DNA from: an uncultured Peptococcaceae bacterium
Lineage (GTDB): Bacteria; Bacillota; Dehalobacteriia; UBA4068; UBA4997
Direction of reading: 5' to 3'
Length of the DNA stretch: 60,257 nt
Assembly: GCA_947647555.1 (NCBI GenBank)
Contig: CANSKT010000004.1
Coordinates: 1-60,257, forward strand
Shown: piece after piece, positions 39,001-48,068 of the stretch
How the letters are laid out: the number at the start of each line of letters is the position of its first letter
Position numbering within the stretch: position 1 is the first letter of the stretch
Notes under the pieces: model-generated
Database searches by the model: none
What the model saw: the letters and a program-made list of their open reading frames with translations, nothing else
Told to the model about the DNA's origin: nothing
Program-made: the position numbers and the translations under genes

Positions 39001-42000
39001 GAAAAATACCATGTGGAACGTAATGAAAAGGGTGAATTGCAGCTGGTGGTTGGCCCGGGGCAGGAAATACCCGACGACGATAATCCGACTGTTGACACCC
39101 AGCCGAGCGCTCCCAGTCTGCCTGAGGGCGAAAGTCCGGTGGGCAAGGATTTGACGGTTGAGGCCAGCGGCAGCGGTGAGTTGCGTTATCAATGGAAATA
39201 TAACACAACTGACAGCACCGAGGGCGGCGAGAATGTGCCGGACGCTAACGGCGGCAAAACGGCAACCTGCAAGATACCGGATTTGCAGCCGGGAACTTAC
39301 TATTTCTATTGTGAGATTACCGACGATAACGGCACAACCAAAACCAACACGGTTAAGATTGTAGTTCCGGAGAAAAAAGGCGAAACATTAGAGCCGGGCG
39401 GCAGCGTGACGACTGATGACGGCAAAACTGAGGTTAAACGTGATGAGGACGGCAATGTTAGCATAGATAAGGACAAAGACGGCAGCACAGATACCACCAT
39501 TACCCTTCCGGATAATAACAAAGACGGTGAGGTTACTGTGGATAAGGGAACCGGTGATGTTACAGTTCCCGGCGGCAGTACGGTTAAAGACGGCGACGGC
39601 ACCGGTTCTGGCACTGGCACCGGCAAGCCTGATGTTACAATCGGCGACAAGGGCGGCACGGTTACTCCCGAGGGCGAGGTAAAAATCCCCGAGGGCGGCA
39701 CGGCCAATGTTGGCGGCACAACTGACGGCAATGGCAACACCACCGGCGGCACCACCATTACCGGCGGCGAGGGTGGCACTACCGTTACCCCCAAGGACGA
39801 TAACACCGTTGACGTTGGCGAGGGCGGCAAAGTTAAAACTGACCCGGAAACTCCCGGCACAGGCGGCGATAAAGGCGGTACGGAAATTACCCTGCCTAAC
39901 GGCGGTAATGTGAACCCGGATAATGGCGACATTACTCCCGATAAAGATGAGGACGGCAAACAGATTGCCGGCGTGGATACTGACGGCGACGGCAAAGTTG
40001 ATACCATAGTTGTACTGCCTGGCACTGGTGGCGGTGCAACAGACGGCGATAAGATTAAACCGAATGAGAACGGCGGCGTTAACGTGCCTGAGGGTACGGA
40101 GATTAAAGGCGGCGGTTCTGAAACTGATAACGGCAACGGCGAGGGCGGAGCCAGCGTCACTCTGCCGGAGGGCGGCGAGATTACCCCCGGCGGCGGCGTT
40201 AAACCGGAGGGCGGCAATGCCCTGACCGGCGAGGATAAAAATGGCGACGGCAAGCCGGATACCGAGGTTAAATTGCCGACTGATAGTAATGGTAAACCTA
40301 CCGGCGAAATTAAAGGCGACGGCGACGGCGGCTTGGACGTTCCCGGCGGCACTACCATTAAGAACGGCGAAAACGGCAGCGAAATCACGGTTGGCGGCGA
40401 GAACGGTGAAAACGGCGGCACTCTGAACAATGAGGGCGGCGTGGATTTGCCGGAGGGCGGCAAAGCGACCGTGGATAACGGAAAAGACGAGAACGGTCAG
40501 GAAAAACCCAAGACAGAAGTTACGGCCGGCGAGGGCGGCAGCACGGTTAAACCCAACCCGGACGGCACCACGGACGTTTCCGGCGGCACGACTATTAAAA
40601 CCGGCGAGGACGGCACCGAGGTTACTGTTGGCGATAAAGACGACCCCACGGGCGGCAATGGCGGCACCCTGAATAAGGACGGCGAAATCACTCTGCCCGG
40701 CGGCGGCAGCGCTACTATCGGCGGCGGTAAAGATGAAAACGGCAACGACAAGCCGAAAACTGAAATTACTGTGCCGGAGGGCGGCAGCACTGGCGGTGTG
40801 GGCGGCAACGGCGGCACCATTAAGCCCGGTACTGGCGGCAATGTGGAGGTTCCCGACGGCAGTAAGGTTACAACGGAAACCACCGACGGCTCCGGTGAGG
40901 ATAAGAACGGTACGGAAATTACTCTGCCCAACGGCGGTACGGTTGTCGAGGGCGGCACAATCACTCCTGGTACAGATGAGGACGGCAAGCAGATTGCCGG
41001 CGTGGATACTGACGGCGACGGCAAGATTGACACCATAGTTGTACTGCCCGGCGCTGATGGCAGCAACCCGAACGGCGATAAGTTGCAGGCTAATGATAAA
41101 GGTGGCGTTGACGTGCCTAAGAATACCGAAGTCAGCAGCGGTTCTGAGAACAGCAATGGCGATAAGGTTATCATTGGCGATAAAGGCGGCAGTCTGGATA
41201 AAGAGGGCGGCGTAGATTTGCCCGGCGGCGGCACAGCCAGCATTGAAAGCGGCGACGGCAGCGGCGAAAAGACTGAAGTTACAGCCGGCGAGAACGGCGG
41301 TAATGTGAAGCCGAACGAAAACGGCGGCGCAGACGTTTCCGGCAGCGGCACCAAGGTGCAGGCTGGCGGCAGTGACGGCGATAACAAAAAACCGGTGGTT
41401 ACAGTGGACGATAAAGGCGGCACGGTTACACCGGACGGCAATGTTGAGATTAAAGACGGTGCAACAGTAACCGTGGGCGGTGAGAACGGCAAGCCTGGTA
41501 CTACTATTACTGCGCCGGAGAACAAAACTGACGACGAGGGCAACATCACCAAGCCCGGCAGCACCACTGTTACGCCTAAAGACGACGGCACGGTGGACGT
41601 AGGCGAGGGCGGTAAAGTTACCACTGGCGGTCAGAACGGCGAAGACGGTACGCCGATTACTCTGCCGTCAGGCGGCAATGTGAAGCCTGAGGACGGCACG
41701 ATTAAACCAAACGACAATATTATTGCGACCGGCGAGGATAAGGACGGCGACGGCGTTCCGGATACGATAATCATTTTGCCAGAGGGCAAGGGAGAAATTA
41801 CTCCGGACGATAAAGGCGGCGTTACCCTGCCCGGCGGCAGCACCATTAAGGGCGGCAATGATGACGATTCTGTCAACATCACTCTGCCTGACGGTGCAGA
41901 ACTGAACCCGGACGGCAGCGTTAAACCCAGCGGCGACGGTTCGCTGAGTGTTAAGGGCGAGAACGGTCAGCCGGATACCACGATTAAACTGCCGGAGGGC

Positions 42001-43368
42001 AGCGCGGTTACCGGCGACGGCCAGGGTGGTCTGGCTGTACCGGAGGGTACGGAAATTAAGAAAGACGCTGAAGATGCTCCCACAGTTGTGGTGGGCGAAA
42101 ACGGCGGCGCAGTTAATAAAGACGGTAATGTAAACCTGCCGGTTGACGGTTCGGCTACAATTTCCGACGGTCAGAACAGTATTGAGATTAAAACTCCTGA
42201 GGGCGGTCAGGTAAACACTACTGACGGTAGTACCACGGCTCCGGTTGTGGATATTAATGGTATCACTATTACCGCACCGGAGGACGAAACTGTTAAAACG
42301 GATAAAAACGGCGACAGCACAGTTGTGGACGGTACAACAATTTCCAAGAACGATGTAATTGTTCAGATTGTTGACGGCGCGCCGTTAATCGTGGGCAAGG
42401 ACGGTATTATTACATTCCCCAACGGCGGCACGATTAACATTATTAAAGACGGTCAAACTACAAGCCAGACCGTTACCGCAGGCGGTAAGGTTAATATCAA
42501 TAGTCTGGGCGGCGGCAGCGGTTCCGGCAGTGGTCACGGCGGCGGTGGTTCTGCCGGCGGCAGCAATGTGAGCGTTGCCAACAAGGTTGAGGGCGGCAAG
42601 GTTACAATTTCCCCAACCAGACCGACAGCAGGCCAGACAGTTACTGTCACTATAAAGCCTGATAAAGGTTATAAACTGGATAAACTGACTGTTAAGGACA
42701 GCGACGGCAAGCCCGTTGAGGTGACTAAAGTAAATGATGACAAGTATACCTTTGTAATGCCTAAGGGCAAGGTTACAATTACGCCTGTCTTTGTTAAAAC
42801 CGAGGCAGGGCAGACCACGCAGCCTGGCAAAACATTCTCTGATGTTAAAGATGGCGCCTGGTATGCGCAGTATGTGGACTATGTTGTGGCGAAAGGTTTA
42901 ATGAATGGTTATGAGGACGGACGTTTTGGCCCGAATGACAGCACCACGCGCGCGCAGATTGTAACTATTCTGTATCGTGCCGAGGGCGAACCGGCGGCTA
43001 CAACCTCCAACTTTGCGGACGTTGGCGCAGGCCAGTATTATGCTAAGGCTGTGGCCTGGGCGGCGGCGAATGGTATTGTTAGGGGTTACAGCGATACGCA
43101 GTTCGCGCCGGAGGATAAAGTTACCCGGGAGCAGTTGGCAACTATTCTGTACCGTTACGCTCAGTTTAAGGGGCAGAAAGTTGGCGCTAAGGCGGATTTG
43201 ACCGGCTTTGCGGATAACGGCAAAATCGGTGAATATGCTCTTTCTGCTATGCAGTGGGCAGTTGAAACTGGTTTGATGCAGGGCAATGATGACGGTACTC
43301 TGAAACCGCATGGTCAGGCCACCCGAGCAGAAGTGGCGGCTATGCTGATGCGCTTTTTGAATAAATAG
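36100..43368 (+). CDS. Giant (2422 aa) SLH-anchored cell-surface protein
   Basis: SD aaaggagag. Signal peptide LLAALCLCLGLMCLPMLAQA. Two modules combine GGxISGN beta-helix-like repeats with an Ig-like domain (YKYQWLYN / LRYQWKYN). About 1050 aa of G/T/D/E/K/N/P low-complexity sequence carries DxDGDG motifs. A KGYKLDKLTV Ig-like domain follows, then 3 SLH repeats. Confidence 0.9.
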   Translation: MLKSEKFMKGKSPWLLAALCLCLGLMCLPMLAQADEANAGQTPDNPVYTNNPDTVPKPEEQPALFELSRAGEHKHPVCGAVCTHSPKHEDVVWEPWPKTTTNDEWDNGKYYYAEDGRTSVPMFWTDEHRLKDMHFCLNGQQLEFKTTGAYFGVAENTALSLCDCETDGTNGKIINNFEYRSGVFSVGGAFTMYGGEINGNAYGVSMAKTAKFEMFGGKLSGSRINLDMSSGGEFIIHPGIEVFDIAHTGLLISPESKLTFAENDNWTGSNTKIKIDFTGYTRPGDNDPDTVIKTDLDKDYSSFFISKDIDYIVADIEDNGKHSLVLRSSNSHIHSDNTQFTRISGANEKTINDLSAGEYYIRMAQPGQAFSTRRWTPKNGTTLCLNGYVHKNDSSSDTGIMIEINDGVTFDLYDCKYSDTEANTGKISNTNGSGVVVNTGGTFNMHSGEITTSKGYSVWVKGGTYKMTGGKISGMSVFIAEEGGTVELTGGEISGNTTYGGLFILGGDLTINGNLKLTGNKKGGIPADIFYDSKVIPITITDEGWTNKPETEKIYIYYSGTVTEGKPITIASNVSEEAAKYFTCQRSLPYHVERSESGELQLVAGTMAAPPFEFPTGKDKLTLPNPDAPAAGQTVTVEVEGGEEPYKYQWLYNKDNSNDGGFPIEGATEANYEIALPPGTYYIFCKITDAEGKELTTQTLKVEIPVSNVHDAAHFGWTHLATSNDLSEFASGGYFVLDADMAFGDITLAADTTICLNGHKITDSASSLITVPIGMNVITLNLCDCSSQTSWEGSFPRIDVKNGMFNMYGGKISGHTITGDGGGIAIGGAGRFNIYGGEISGNQATGKGGGIYCSVSGGESNIYGGKISGNTAAQGGGVYYDNTSLTSSSAKLNLHGGEIFNNHKTDNTNNNIELSESQHSKIAIGTDFQTSGSKFGITTFKKPQDGEPVIFSRVVDKDYSKYIVSDDEKYHVERNEKGELQLVVGPGQEIPDDDNPTVDTQPSAPSLPEGESPVGKDLTVEASGSGELRYQWKYNTTDSTEGGENVPDANGGKTATCKIPDLQPGTYYFYCEITDDNGTTKTNTVKIVVPEKKGETLEPGGSVTTDDGKTEVKRDEDGNVSIDKDKDGSTDTTITLPDNNKDGEVTVDKGTGDVTVPGGSTVKDGDGTGSGTGTGKPDVTIGDKGGTVTPEGEVKIPEGGTANVGGTTDGNGNTTGGTTITGGEGGTTVTPKDDNTVDVGEGGKVKTDPETPGTGGDKGGTEITLPNGGNVNPDNGDITPDKDEDGKQIAGVDTDGDGKVDTIVVLPGTGGGATDGDKIKPNENGGVNVPEGTEIKGGGSETDNGNGEGGASVTLPEGGEITPGGGVKPEGGNALTGEDKNGDGKPDTEVKLPTDSNGKPTGEIKGDGDGGLDVPGGTTIKNGENGSEITVGGENGENGGTLNNEGGVDLPEGGKATVDNGKDENGQEKPKTEVTAGEGGSTVKPNPDGTTDVSGGTTIKTGEDGTEVTVGDKDDPTGGNGGTLNKDGEITLPGGGSATIGGGKDENGNDKPKTEITVPEGGSTGGVGGNGGTIKPGTGGNVEVPDGSKVTTETTDGSGEDKNGTEITLPNGGTVVEGGTITPGTDEDGKQIAGVDTDGDGKIDTIVVLPGADGSNPNGDKLQANDKGGVDVPKNTEVSSGSENSNGDKVIIGDKGGSLDKEGGVDLPGGGTASIESGDGSGEKTEVTAGENGGNVKPNENGGADVSGSGTKVQAGGSDGDNKKPVVTVDDKGGTVTPDGNVEIKDGATVTVGGENGKPGTTITAPENKTDDEGNITKPGSTTVTPKDDGTVDVGEGGKVTTGGQNGEDGTPITLPSGGNVKPEDGTIKPNDNIIATGEDKDGDGVPDTIIILPEGKGEITPDDKGGVTLPGGSTIKGGNDDDSVNITLPDGAELNPDGSVKPSGDGSLSVKGENGQPDTTIKLPEGSAVTGDGQGGLAVPEGTEIKKDAEDAPTVVVGENGGAVNKDGNVNLPVDGSATISDGQNSIEIKTPEGGQVNTTDGSTTAPVVDINGITITAPEDETVKTDKNGDSTVVDGTTISKNDVIVQIVDGAPLIVGKDGIITFPNGGTINIIKDGQTTSQTVTAGGKVNINSLGGGSGSGSGHGGGGSAGGSNVSVANKVEGGKVTISPTRPTAGQTVTVTIKPDKGYKLDKLTVKDSDGKPVEVTKVNDDKYTFVMPKGKVTITPVFVKTEAGQTTQPGKTFSDVKDGAWYAQYVDYVVAKGLMNGYEDGRFGPNDSTTRAQIVTILYRAEGEPAATTSNFADVGAGQYYAKAVAWAAANGIVRGYSDTQFAPEDKVTREQLATILYRYAQFKGQKVGAKADLTGFADNGKIGEYALSAMQWAVETGLMQGNDDGTLKPHGQATRAEVAAMLMRFLNK
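39946..41052 (+). repeat. In-frame internal duplication within the giant gene
   Basis: Near-identical 78-bp segments at 39946-40023 and 40975-41052 (gatgaggacggcaa.cagattgccggcgtggatactgacggcgacggcaa...) are offset by 1029 bp, which equals 343 codons. Confidence 0.8.
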
Positions 43369-43386
43369 TTTGATAATTAAATAAAA

Positions 43387-43436
43387 ACAAGCCGAAATGT
43401 TTGCGCTTTGTCGCAGATGTTTCGGCTTGTTTTTTG
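43387..43436 (+). terminator. Rho-independent terminator of the giant gene
   Basis: Stem acaagccgaaa...tttcggcttgt followed by ttttt. Confidence 0.8.
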
Positions 43437-43728
43437 TTTGGAGCAAGGCAAAAAAGCTGGGTTTACAATAATTGCCAGGGGATTTTAAGGTACTGATATT
43501 GGTACTGGGGGCCGCCTGCTAAACTTACTTTAACAATGGCGCAGACTGGTGCTGCTAATACTTTTGATGGTGACACTAAGGCTGACAGCAATAAGGTCGT
43601 TATCACCTCCCAAACTGAAAGTACAAAATCTAACGGCAAAAAAGGTTGAATTCGTTACAACCACCAATATCGGTGCATCTATTACTGCGGCTGCTGGTAC
43701 AGTAGCACCCTTACTTTAGTTAAGATGT

Positions 43729-44124
43729 TTGAGTTTAGGAAATTGCTTGACTAAGATTACACATCTCGGTAGTCTTCTTTGTCATATTATCTGTCATCTT
43801 GAAATTAAACTCTTTATCCAAAAAAGAAATTTTTCACAAGATTTTGTGGCAGAACGCATTGGTATTACTCGGTTTTTCTATAACAAAATAGAAAATGGCT
43901 CAAGAGAGATGACCATTAACACATTGGTTAAAATAACTGGCATTCTTGATATAAGTATGGCCAGCTTGTTTGCTAAAGCAGAAAATACTGATACAATAAC
44001 GGAAAATATTTTGGCATTGCTAAAAGGAAAAGGCAAAATGGATTTAGAACTAGTAGAAGATATAATGAAAACTTTGTTGGAATCTTTAGAAAAATTGAGA
44101 GAGAGTGCTATAATCAATGTGTAA
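43729..44124 (+). CDS. XRE-family helix-turn-helix regulator (start uncertain)
   Basis: Contains KRNFSQDFVAERIGITRFFYNKIENGSREMTINTLVKITGILDISMASLF. Only TTG starts are available upstream and there is no clear SD. Confidence 0.55.
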   Translation: MSLGNCLTKITHLGSLLCHIICHLEIKLFIQKRNFSQDFVAERIGITRFFYNKIENGSREMTINTLVKITGILDISMASLFAKAENTDTITENILALLKGKGKMDLELVEDIMKTLLESLEKLRESAIINV

Positions 44125-44158
44125 ATAAAAGTCTTGCTTTATGTGATGGGAGAAGATT

Positions 44159-44737
44159 ATGGAGAAGTTGCAATCTGGGCGATGCGAATTAACTAAAGAT
44201 GAGTTGAAATTTATAGAGAATTTATATAGGAAATATTCTAAGGAGTTGTTAGACTATGCTACACAGTTTCTGGATGAAAACAATGCCGAAGAAGCATTGT
44301 AAAATGTTTTTTTGAGCCTTTGTAAAAAAGAGAAAAAAGATGATGACGGAAAATATAAGATAGAAAAGGTTATGGCATATGATGAGCCTGTTGGTTGGCT
44401 TTATAAGGCTTTACGTTTTTCTATTAGTAAAATTATTAGAAGTAAAAAGCGTCTTGCTCAATTAATGGTATATACACCACTGCAAGCAGATACTGAATTT
44501 GGTATTGAAATTGGTATCGAGGATTTTCCTGATGAGCGGCCTGTTGATGAAGATGTTGATTTGTTATATTCTGATTTGGTTTCAAATAAGGATTTTCAAT
44601 TAATAAAAGAGTTTTCTGTTGAAGATAAATCTTTAAAAAATATGGCAGATGAGTATGGAATAAGCGTTAAAGCCGTTGAACAGCGATTATATAGAGCCAG
44701 AAAAAAATTGCGAAAGTTATTCAACCATAAAACATAA
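44159..44737 (+). pseudogene. ECF-type sigma-70 family factor interrupted by an in-frame TAA at codon 48
   Basis: ATG 44159 starts MEKLQSGRCELTKDELKFIENLYRKYSKELLDYATQFLDENNAEEAL*NVFLSL... in one frame. Region 2 is WLYKALRFSISKIIRSKKR and region 4 is MADEYGISVKAVEQRLYRARKKLRKLF. Confidence 0.75.
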
Positions 44738-44820
44738 TAAATTTTTATAAAAAAACCTAAAATTTAGCGTTACATTTTGCACTTGTTATGGTGCTTATAT
44801 ATTAGAGGGGAGGTTTAGCT

Positions 44821-45696
44821 ATGGCAACAGTCGAAGAAAAAGGGCGTCCAAATTATAATAAATTCGACTCGCTTGATACTGCTGTTTTAGAGGCGATTCT
44901 GCAGGCTGATTTTGATGCCCCAGAGGCTGAACAGATTGAAGCGGAAGATGCATTATATATTGCTAGTCTGTTAGCAAAACGTCAAAATAAAAAACATAAA
45001 GATGCTGAAACTTTAATGGGGGAATTTTTTGAATATTATTATCCGTGTGAAGAATTATATGCTTTTGATTATTTAGATTTGGATACAAAAGTGCAAAACG
45101 ATAATATTCAAAATGAGAGTTCCGAAAAGAACATTATATCTTTTGTTCAAAAAGGCTGGCGCAGATTTGCCAGTGCAGTTGCAGTTTTTGTTTTGTTTAT
45201 GTTTGTTGGTACAGTTACAGCATACGCTTTGGGGTATAACCCTATTGGTGTGATTGGCAGATGGAATGACGAAGATTTTTGGTTTGAAAGAGATGTACCA
45301 ACACAAGAATTAATTGAAGCCCTTGCTGCTTACAGTGATGAGGAGTTTCTGGTTCCCAAGTGGTTGCCTGCTGGTTATGTAGCCATAGAAACAGAGGTGG
45401 CAGAGCTTAATTCTTATATAGGTATTAAATCTGTTTTTTATAGAGAAAATACAGATAAAATTGATAAATTATGTATAGATTTTAGATTTTTGTCAGATAA
45501 TGGCCAAAAATCGCTTTACGAAAAAGACACTAACGAGGTTGAGGAGTATTCAGTCCATAATATTAGCCACTATATTATGACTAATTTAGATAAGAGAGTT
45601 ATTGCTTGGCGAAATGGTAAGATTGAGGGTTCCATTAAAGGTGATTTTTCTTTAGCTGAAGCAAAACAAATAATAAATTCAATATATGAGGAGTGA
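44821..45696 (+). CDS. Anti-sigma-factor-like membrane protein with a DUF4367-type C-terminal domain
   Basis: SD gaggggagg. Single TM FASAVAVFVLFMFVGTVTAYALG. C-terminal LVPKWLPAGYVAIETEV. It sits immediately downstream of the sigma gene. Confidence 0.65.
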   Translation: MATVEEKGRPNYNKFDSLDTAVLEAILQADFDAPEAEQIEAEDALYIASLLAKRQNKKHKDAETLMGEFFEYYYPCEELYAFDYLDLDTKVQNDNIQNESSEKNIISFVQKGWRRFASAVAVFVLFMFVGTVTAYALGYNPIGVIGRWNDEDFWFERDVPTQELIEALAAYSDEEFLVPKWLPAGYVAIETEVAELNSYIGIKSVFYRENTDKIDKLCIDFRFLSDNGQKSLYEKDTNEVEEYSVHNISHYIMTNLDKRVIAWRNGKIEGSIKGDFSLAEAKQIINSIYEE

Positions 45697-45701
45697 GGAT
45701 T

Positions 45702-45872
45702 ATGCGCAAAAAATTTTTTTTTGGTTTGTTGTTGATGGCATTTTTTAGTATGGCAGCTGTTACTAATGCGTCTGTAAAATCAAGTGAGTATATTTATGAT
45801 TGCTATGCTCAGATTGCAACATATTCTGGTGGTAGAGTAAACATATCCTTTAATATAAGTGGTACAGACTAG
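45702..45872 (+). CDS. Small secreted hypothetical protein (56 aa), possibly truncated
   Basis: SD gaggagtgagg; signal peptide MRKKFFFGLLLMAFFSMAAVTNA; ends at TAG. Confidence 0.4.
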   Translation: MRKKFFFGLLLMAFFSMAAVTNASVKSSEYIYDCYAQIATYSGGRVNISFNISGTD

Positions 45873-45939
45873 GTAAATATAAAAAATTTTATAGCTCACA
45901 TTTGTATATATTTTTTACAAGGTTGGGAGGGGGAAGGAA

Positions 45940-47157
45940 ATGCATTTAAAACAGACATTTAATATTGCAATATTAAACATGCGCAGTGATAAAACATATT
46001 TTTGGCAAACAATGTTGGGTATTACTTTAGGTGCAATGACATTGATGATAGTTTTAATAATTTCTCAGGGCGTTTTATACATGACAAAATTGACAGCTGG
46101 GGAATTTAATCCTAATGTTTTACGTTTAATTTTACAAACCAAACTTGAAGATTCATATAAGCTTAAAATAGATGATTTACAGCAAATGGTTTCCGATAAA
46201 TCAGATTTATTTACAAGCGTCAGCCCTGCAATTCTCATAACGGAAGGTTTGAAATATGAAAATAAATTATTAGATGGTGAATTTGCTGTTTATGGTGTGA
46301 GCGACTCTTTTAATCAGATAATGACTACAATTAATATTGCACAAGGGCGCTGGTTGTTGCCTATGGATATTGCTCGCGAACAAAAAGTCTGTGTTATAGG
46401 CAATAGATTGGCTGTAGAAACTCTTGGTGAAGATGCGATTGGTAAAAGTATAAAAATCCAAGGCGATAATTATACTGTGGTAGGTATTTTACAAAATGTT
46501 AATAGTGATTTACAGGGTGTTAATGATTTTATATTCATACCGTATACCAATGCCCAAAAGTTATCAATATATAGAACTCAGTCAGTATATGAGCAGAACA
46601 GTGTTGGTTTTGATGTTGTTTTTTTCACTGTAACTGAAACTGTGGATATGCAGGAAGCATATTCAACTATTCGTGAGGTTTGCCAGGAAAACCTGGAGCG
46701 GGATTCAATAGCAGGAATTATGAATTATGACGGTATTGTTGATGAAATACATAAAGCATTATCGCCAATAATCGTAATGCTTGGATTTGTTTCCATTATA
46801 ATTATATTAACAGGCGGATCCGGCATTATGAATGTAATGCTGTTAGCAGTTAGTAAACGTACACCGGAAATTGGTGTGCGCAAGGCCTTTGGGGCAGCAT
46901 ATAAGGATATTGTTTGGCAGTTTATTGGTGAAGCGGCTTGTATAAGTGTTGTTGGTGGTTTGCTGGGCGTGATATTGGGATTGCCTTTGGGGTGGTTGGC
47001 TTGCAAAATTATTCATGTTGTTTTTAGTTTTGCTTTTGTGCCTGCCTCTGCTATTGTGTCTTTTGCTATCGCGGTTGGCTTAGGAATTTTTTTTGGTATT
47101 AAACCGGCCAGGCAGGCGGCCAAAATGGAAATTGTTGACGCAATAAACAGTAATTAA
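45940..47157 (+). CDS. MacB/FtsX-type ABC transporter permease (orphan; no cognate ATPase in the locus)
   Basis: N-terminal TM, periplasmic MacB_PCD-like domain and C-terminal FtsX 3-TM module (RTPEIGVRKAFGA). Confidence 0.8.
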   Translation: MHLKQTFNIAILNMRSDKTYFWQTMLGITLGAMTLMIVLIISQGVLYMTKLTAGEFNPNVLRLILQTKLEDSYKLKIDDLQQMVSDKSDLFTSVSPAILITEGLKYENKLLDGEFAVYGVSDSFNQIMTTINIAQGRWLLPMDIAREQKVCVIGNRLAVETLGEDAIGKSIKIQGDNYTVVGILQNVNSDLQGVNDFIFIPYTNAQKLSIYRTQSVYEQNSVGFDVVFFTVTETVDMQEAYSTIREVCQENLERDSIAGIMNYDGIVDEIHKALSPIIVMLGFVSIIIILTGGSGIMNVMLLAVSKRTPEIGVRKAFGAAYKDIVWQFIGEAACISVVGGLLGVILGLPLGWLACKIIHVVFSFAFVPASAIVSFAIAVGLGIFFGIKPARQAAKMEIVDAINSN

Positions 47158-47180
47158 AGAATGGGAAAAATGTAAATCAG

Positions 47181-47435
47181 GAGGGTGATATTATCAAGGC
47201 CGGACAGCTGCTTTATCAGATTGACGCAGGCCGAGCGCAAAATAGCTATAATCTGGCTCAACTTAACTTGCAAGAAGCTGAGTCGAAAATGGCTGATTTA
47301 AGATTTACCGCTCTGGCAGCCGGTCAGGTGGTGAAAATCCATTGTGAGGTTGGCAATAGTGTGAATGTCGGCAGTCAGCTTGTCTATCTGCGGGACAGAG
47401 AAATAGGAATTAGAATTTATAGTAGGTTTTGGTAA
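47181..47435 (+). pseudogene. Internally deleted remnant of a HlyD/membrane-fusion adaptor
   Basis: Translates to EGDIIKAGQLLYQIDAGRAQNSYNLAQLNLQEAESKMADL joined directly to FTALAAGQVVKIHCEVGNSVNVGSQLVYL. There is no proper start. Confidence 0.5.
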
Positions 47436-47523
47436 AACAGTTATATCAAAGCATTGCGATGCTTTTAATTATATACCAATAATATTAGGAATTGAACACA
47501 AATAAGCAGCTGGAGAAACATAA

Positions 47524-47577
47524 AAATAGAGAATCCGAACCTAAAAAATCGTTAATAGGTTCGGGTTCTCTATTTTT
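47524..47577. terminator. Bidirectional terminator hairpin
   Basis: About 18-bp stem aatagagaatccgaacc...ggttcgggttctctatt flanked by A- and T-runs. Confidence 0.7.
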
Positions 47578-47648
47578 ATTTGAAAAGATGAAAAAGACTA
47601 ATAGAAATATAGGTATCAGAAAATCTAAAACTTATGTTTGTTCTGTGA

Positions 47649-48068
47649 TTAATAACTTAAAATACGTTCCGTTAACTGCATATAATGCTTATAAAGAGTG
47701 CCAAAGCGATAAATGTAATGTTGTTTCCAAGGTTTAGCTCTGCCACAGAAATGCAAAATAGCAGTATGTTTAATTACCCAATTTATATCGCAAAGCCCCT
47801 CACTGCGCAACAGGTAAGTAGCATAATTACGGGCGTCATAATTCCAAAGCACATCTTCAACAGGCAATATTCGACGGCCATACATAGCATTCAAAATATC
47901 TTGGTCTGGCAGCAATAGGGTGTTTTCATGCTCGATAACAAAACGAAATACTTCATCAGGTTTAATTTCTTGTCGTCCAAGATTTAGGTTCATCAGCAAA
48001 ACGCCAGAATTGTAATAAGCAGAACCAATAGTTGTGGTACATAATTTTTATTTAAGGTTACCAGCATA
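47649..48068 (-). pseudogene. Glycosyltransferase family 8 gene with an internal deletion and frameshift
   Basis: ATG 48068 gives MLVTLNKNYVPQLLVLLITILAFC*. In another frame it is joined to AYYNSGVLLMNLNLGRQ...DQDILNAMYG...HFCGRAKPW. The DxD-containing middle of the protein is missing. Confidence 0.6.

Noticed and set aside
39306-41624. Two long minus-strand ORFs (385 and 375 aa, Pro/Ser/Val-rich) lie antisense to the giant surface-protein gene.
   Set aside because: They are shadow ORFs created by the GGC/GAC/ACC-rich repetitive codons of the sense strand. They have low-complexity translations, no SD and no independent signals. The sense ORF is continuous with a signal peptide and SLH anchors.
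36100-43368. The giant gene plus the upstream two-component system might encode a diversity-generating or phase-variable cassette system.
   Set aside because: There is no reverse transcriptase, no template/variable repeat pair with A-specific differences, no invertase and no inverted repeats flanking the promoter.
43540-43725. The segment translates to MAQTGAANTFDGDTKADSNKVVITSQTESTKSNGKK followed, in another frame, by VEFVTTTNIGASITAAAGTVAPLL, possibly a frameshifted surface-protein fragment.
   Set aside because: It is too short and low in complexity to assign. It has no SD and I recognise no domain. It is mentioned only as possible debris within the island finding.
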